DNA of 64,000 nucleotides from Owenia fusiformis (Eukaryota): NCBI GenBank assembly GCA_903813345.2, contig CAIIXF020000001.1, positions 47,244,001 to 47,308,000 of the forward strand, read 5' to 3'. Shown piece by piece: positions 60,582 to 64,000 of this stretch (position 1 is its first letter; each line of letters starts with the position of its first letter). The notes under the pieces were generated by a model. It saw only the letters and a program-made list of their open reading frames with translations, ran no database searches and was not told where the DNA came from. The position numbers and the translations under genes were made by a program.

Positions 60582-61370
60582 ATGACAGGGACAATGTATG
60601 CGCAACAGATGCATATTACACTGGACAAAGATACCATGGAATCAAAAGATGTATTCGTCGTCGGTGACGTGCATGGCTGTTTAGATGAACTTAAAGAACT
60701 GCTGACGAAAGCAAATATCGTTGAAGAAAATAATGACACACTTAAGGATGACGTTGTACTGATATTCGTAGGTGATATAGTTAACAAAGGGCCTAAGACG
60801 GCAGAGGTTGTAAAATATATAAAAGATTTGGGTCCTGGTGTTTATTCAGTAAGGGGGAATCACGAAGAAAAAGTTATTAAAAGGAAATGGAAACGAAAAT
60901 CATATTGTGTTGATCTGGTACGTGGTATAACAGAGAGTTCAAAAATTGATCAGCTGACTATAAGTGATGTAGAATACTTAGAAAGTTTTCCCTACACTAT
61001 TTCTATCCCACATCTAAATAGTATTATCGTTCATGCAGGAATACTTCCAAGCATCCCGCTACACGAGCAGACTGTTGTCAACATGACGTGTATGCGAAAC
61101 ATTGTCCAAAACAGCGCTGGGGCAATGTCAGGTTATGTTGAAACCGACAAGGGGTGTCAATGGGCAGATTTGTGGCCAGGGCCACAGCATGTGTATTACG
61201 GTCATGATGCACGGCGGGGGAAGGACGATGTCGGCAGGCCCCGTGTACAGCTTCACCAATTTGCAACCGGGCTAGATACTCGCTGTGTAAAAGGTGGTGA
61301 ACTGACTGGAATATTTTTAAATTCAAAATGTATCCATTCTGTTAAAGCTCATCATAAATATTCCGATTAG
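60582..61370 (+). CDS. ApaH/PrpE-like metallophosphoesterase (bis(5'-nucleosyl)-tetraphosphatase-like, ALPH/Ppn2 type), single coding exon
   Basis: 262-aa ORF with VGDVHGC, VGDIVNKGP, RGNHE, VHAG, YYGHD and GLDTRCVKGGELT motifs; several alternative in-frame Met starts. Confidence 0.9.
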   Translation: MTGTMYAQQMHITLDKDTMESKDVFVVGDVHGCLDELKELLTKANIVEENNDTLKDDVVLIFVGDIVNKGPKTAEVVKYIKDLGPGVYSVRGNHEEKVIKRKWKRKSYCVDLVRGITESSKIDQLTISDVEYLESFPYTISIPHLNSIIVHAGILPSIPLHEQTVVNMTCMRNIVQNSAGAMSGYVETDKGCQWADLWPGPQHVYYGHDARRGKDDVGRPRVQLHQFATGLDTRCVKGGELTGIFLNSKCIHSVKAHHKYSD

Positions 61371-62205
61371 TTTGGAACTGGTAGGATGACGACCTTTTTC
61401 AAGTTGGGGGCACATGGCGTAATCTAGCAAAACTAGTACAAAGACGTCTACGTAGTTTCAACAATAGGAAAATATTTATGCCATGCATTTGTATGGGCGA
61501 TTGGTCATACGTATAGGTTGGCGTTTCGATTGTATATGCAAGCTTAAACTACCTAATATTAGGAACAATCTCCTTATCGTAAGGCGCTTACCCTAAGTAG
61601 CGATAGAATATTCAGAAATTGGAATGTCCTATTGAATTTTCTCCTTTTTTATACACCTAGTATACAGGTATAAGCGCTAAACTGTTAATCTAGGCTATAT
61701 GCACACTTTGTACAAAGCTGAGAGATGTAGAGCATGTTTACGATAAGGAATGTACCTGGATATAGCTTAGTTTAGGATTCCAATAAGGAACCCATTAAGA
61801 TTTCAAAAAACATGCGGATACCTCGCACTAACTTTTATAGAAGCGAAATAAAACTCTTGGCTGCACATGTGTGGAACTTAAAATCAAGGATCAAATGCGA
61901 GAATAGAACCATGCATCTTTCAGATTTCTAAACATGACATTCAATACAAACACAAGAATTATTTATCTTTATTACTGTATTGCTTTATATTTCTTACAAA
62001 GCTTACATGTATAACGTCAAATCATACATGTGGATTAGTTCTATCTACTTGTTGATCAAAATATTTAGGTATATCAACCCTATAATCAAAACATTTCATA
62101 TAAATATTTGTTTTGATTATGCAAATATATTTAGAACCACCTATTGAAGCTCTTTAGTCATTCTAACAAAGGTCCAGCAACTCGAACGATAGAGTTGTGT
62201 AATCT

Positions 62206-63318
62206 TTATTCTAAGAGCCTTTTAAGAATCATGTACAGCTCATTAGTCGACCCAGATTCCTCTCTCTTCTCGGCTGTAGCTGCAATCAAATATTGAAATT
62301 ACCACTGATATCAACGCAAATGAATCAGATTGAGACCACGTAGGGAACATTTTAGTATTACAAATTAAATTTTAAAATGTTCGCACTTAGAAAAAGTCTG
62401 ATGTATGACTTTTACAAAAAGTCTCCAATGAAAATTGTGTAATTAGCGATGTTCCTCAGGTTCTATTCAATTTTAGGTCCCATTTTGTTTCTCTTATTCA
62501 TAAATGACCCCCATGTAGTATATTCCAAATGTTATATTCATGCTGTGTACGCTCCAAAGTTCATAGTTTCAAATGTTCTCTTACCTGGTTTGGCTTTGCA
62601 TACACGATCCAGAATGGCATAGTCTTGGGAACAACATGGAGCATCTTTGGTGCATACAGAAGAAGTGTCAGAGACACAGCATTTCCCTCTGCAAGAACTA
62701 CCGTCTCCATTTACAGATGTACAGCTTCCGCCAACATTAGTGTAAGCACGCGTAGATCGACCAAGTGCCAAGTCTAGCGTTGCCAATGTCATCTCTCTCT
62801 TCTGGGCCTGTGCATTATTTTGATTATCTGCTCCTTTGGCTGCAATCGAAGAATATGGTCTTGAATTAAACACCCATATTCAACGAAAACGTAACATTCA
62901 AGAGAATGCCAAGCACATATAATACATATTGTCAAAAGCAAAAGAAACACAAAATAGAACTCATATTATCTCTTGCTGGTTTTTGGAGGAGATTGGTAAG
63001 GTGGACACAAAACGTTTGTACGCAGACTTATCTTTAAAGGCTTGGGCTATATTATTTTCATACCTGGTTTGGCTTTGCATACACGATCCAGAATGGCATA
63101 GTCTTGGGAACAACATGGAGCATCTTTGGTGCATACAGAAGAAGTGTCAGAGACACAGCATTTCCCTCTGCAGGAACTACCGTCTCCATTTACAGATGTA
63201 CAGCTTCCGCCAACATCAGTGTAAGCACGCGTAGAACGACCAAGTGCCACGTCTAACGTTGCCAATGTCATCTCTCTCTTCTGGGCCTGTACATTATTTT
63301 GATTATTTGCTCCTTTGG
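62206..63318 (-). CDS. 3' end of a multi-repeat cysteine-rich peptide precursor (toxin-, defence- or neuropeptide-like); 5' end lies beyond the window
   Basis: Two near-identical 255-nt phase-1/phase-1 exons (63318-63064, 62839-62585) with ag/gt boundaries, and a terminal exon 62279-62206 (ATAEKREESGSTNELYMILKRLLE*). Each repeat has KR and RSTR sites followed by an 8-Cys peptide. Confidence 0.8.
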
Positions 63319-63332
63319 CTGTAATGGAAAAG

Positions 63333-63944
63333 GGTAACTGGTCAACTCGTACCCAAGACAACTCGTACCAAAGACAACTCGTACCCAAGTATATATTTTG
63401 TTTTGAATCAAGCGTTGGACTGGGAATGTGAATAGATATACATATTATAATTGTAACATACTGTTCAGAATAGTTTAAAGTTTGAAGAAGAATTTTCGGA
63501 AGAAATTGATTTAATTTTGTGACATTTTGAGCTGAGTGTCAATTTATATTGACTATTATTTTATATTGGTCACAAATTCAGGATGTTCGAGTGAAGAGAC
63601 ATATGTTTATTCCACATATTCATAATCATTTTTCAAAATATTGTATGTCTATGAGTGTTTGGAAAAAGTGTCAGATCTAATGTTGTAATTATATTTATTA
63701 ATATATATGTTTGACAAAATAATGTTGAGAACAAGTGCTTCAAGCACTTCTTTTATTTAATAAAAAATGCTTTGATGATCCATTGAGAAAAAATGTCTTC
63801 TAAATTCAAAAAAATATTAAGGCTTATTTGATTCACATTATAACATGAAAGCATTACAAACTCAATTTTTTCCCTAATATGCACCCATAATACTGAAAAT
63901 AATCTTTGGTGCGAGTTGTCTTGGGTACGAGTTGACTAGGAAGC
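63333..63944. mobile_element. MULE-like MITE inserted just upstream of a repeat-exon acceptor
   Basis: TIR with GTCAACTCGTACCCAAGACAACTCG arrays at both ends; imperfect 9-bp TSD atggaaaag/attgaaaag. Removing it restores similarity to the paralogous intron at 62841-62900. Confidence 0.8.
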
Positions 63945-64000
63945 ATTGAAAAGTATGGTCTTGAATTAAACACCCATATTCAACGAAAATGTACCATTCA

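Overview
AT-rich, intron-rich, transposon-dense genomic DNA from an invertebrate animal; the species cannot be determined from sequence alone. Splicing was reconstructed by hand. The 3' part of VPS16 (+ strand, 9 exons, 1000-29774) hosts two antisense genes for secreted coiled-coil-plus-lectin-domain proteins in adjacent introns. One is a C-type lectin joined through a probable GC-AG intron. The other is a ~762-aa protein with a ~580-aa acidic heptad stalk ending in an F5/8 type C (discoidin) domain. Two tandem 10-exon carotenoid cleavage oxygenase (BCO/RPE65 family) genes follow, with near-identical exons 2-10 but divergent exon 1 and most introns. The second copy has a ~10 kb intron containing a deleted Academ transposon and other elements. 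Further right are a mariner relic, an intronless ApaH/PrpE-like metallophosphoesterase, and the 3' end of a minus-strand precursor built from tandem 255-nt exons, each encoding an 8-cysteine peptide behind KR and RxxR cleavage sites. Many non-autonomous DNA transposons have readable TIRs and TSDs, some nested several levels deep. All family assignments come from motif recognition, not database searches.
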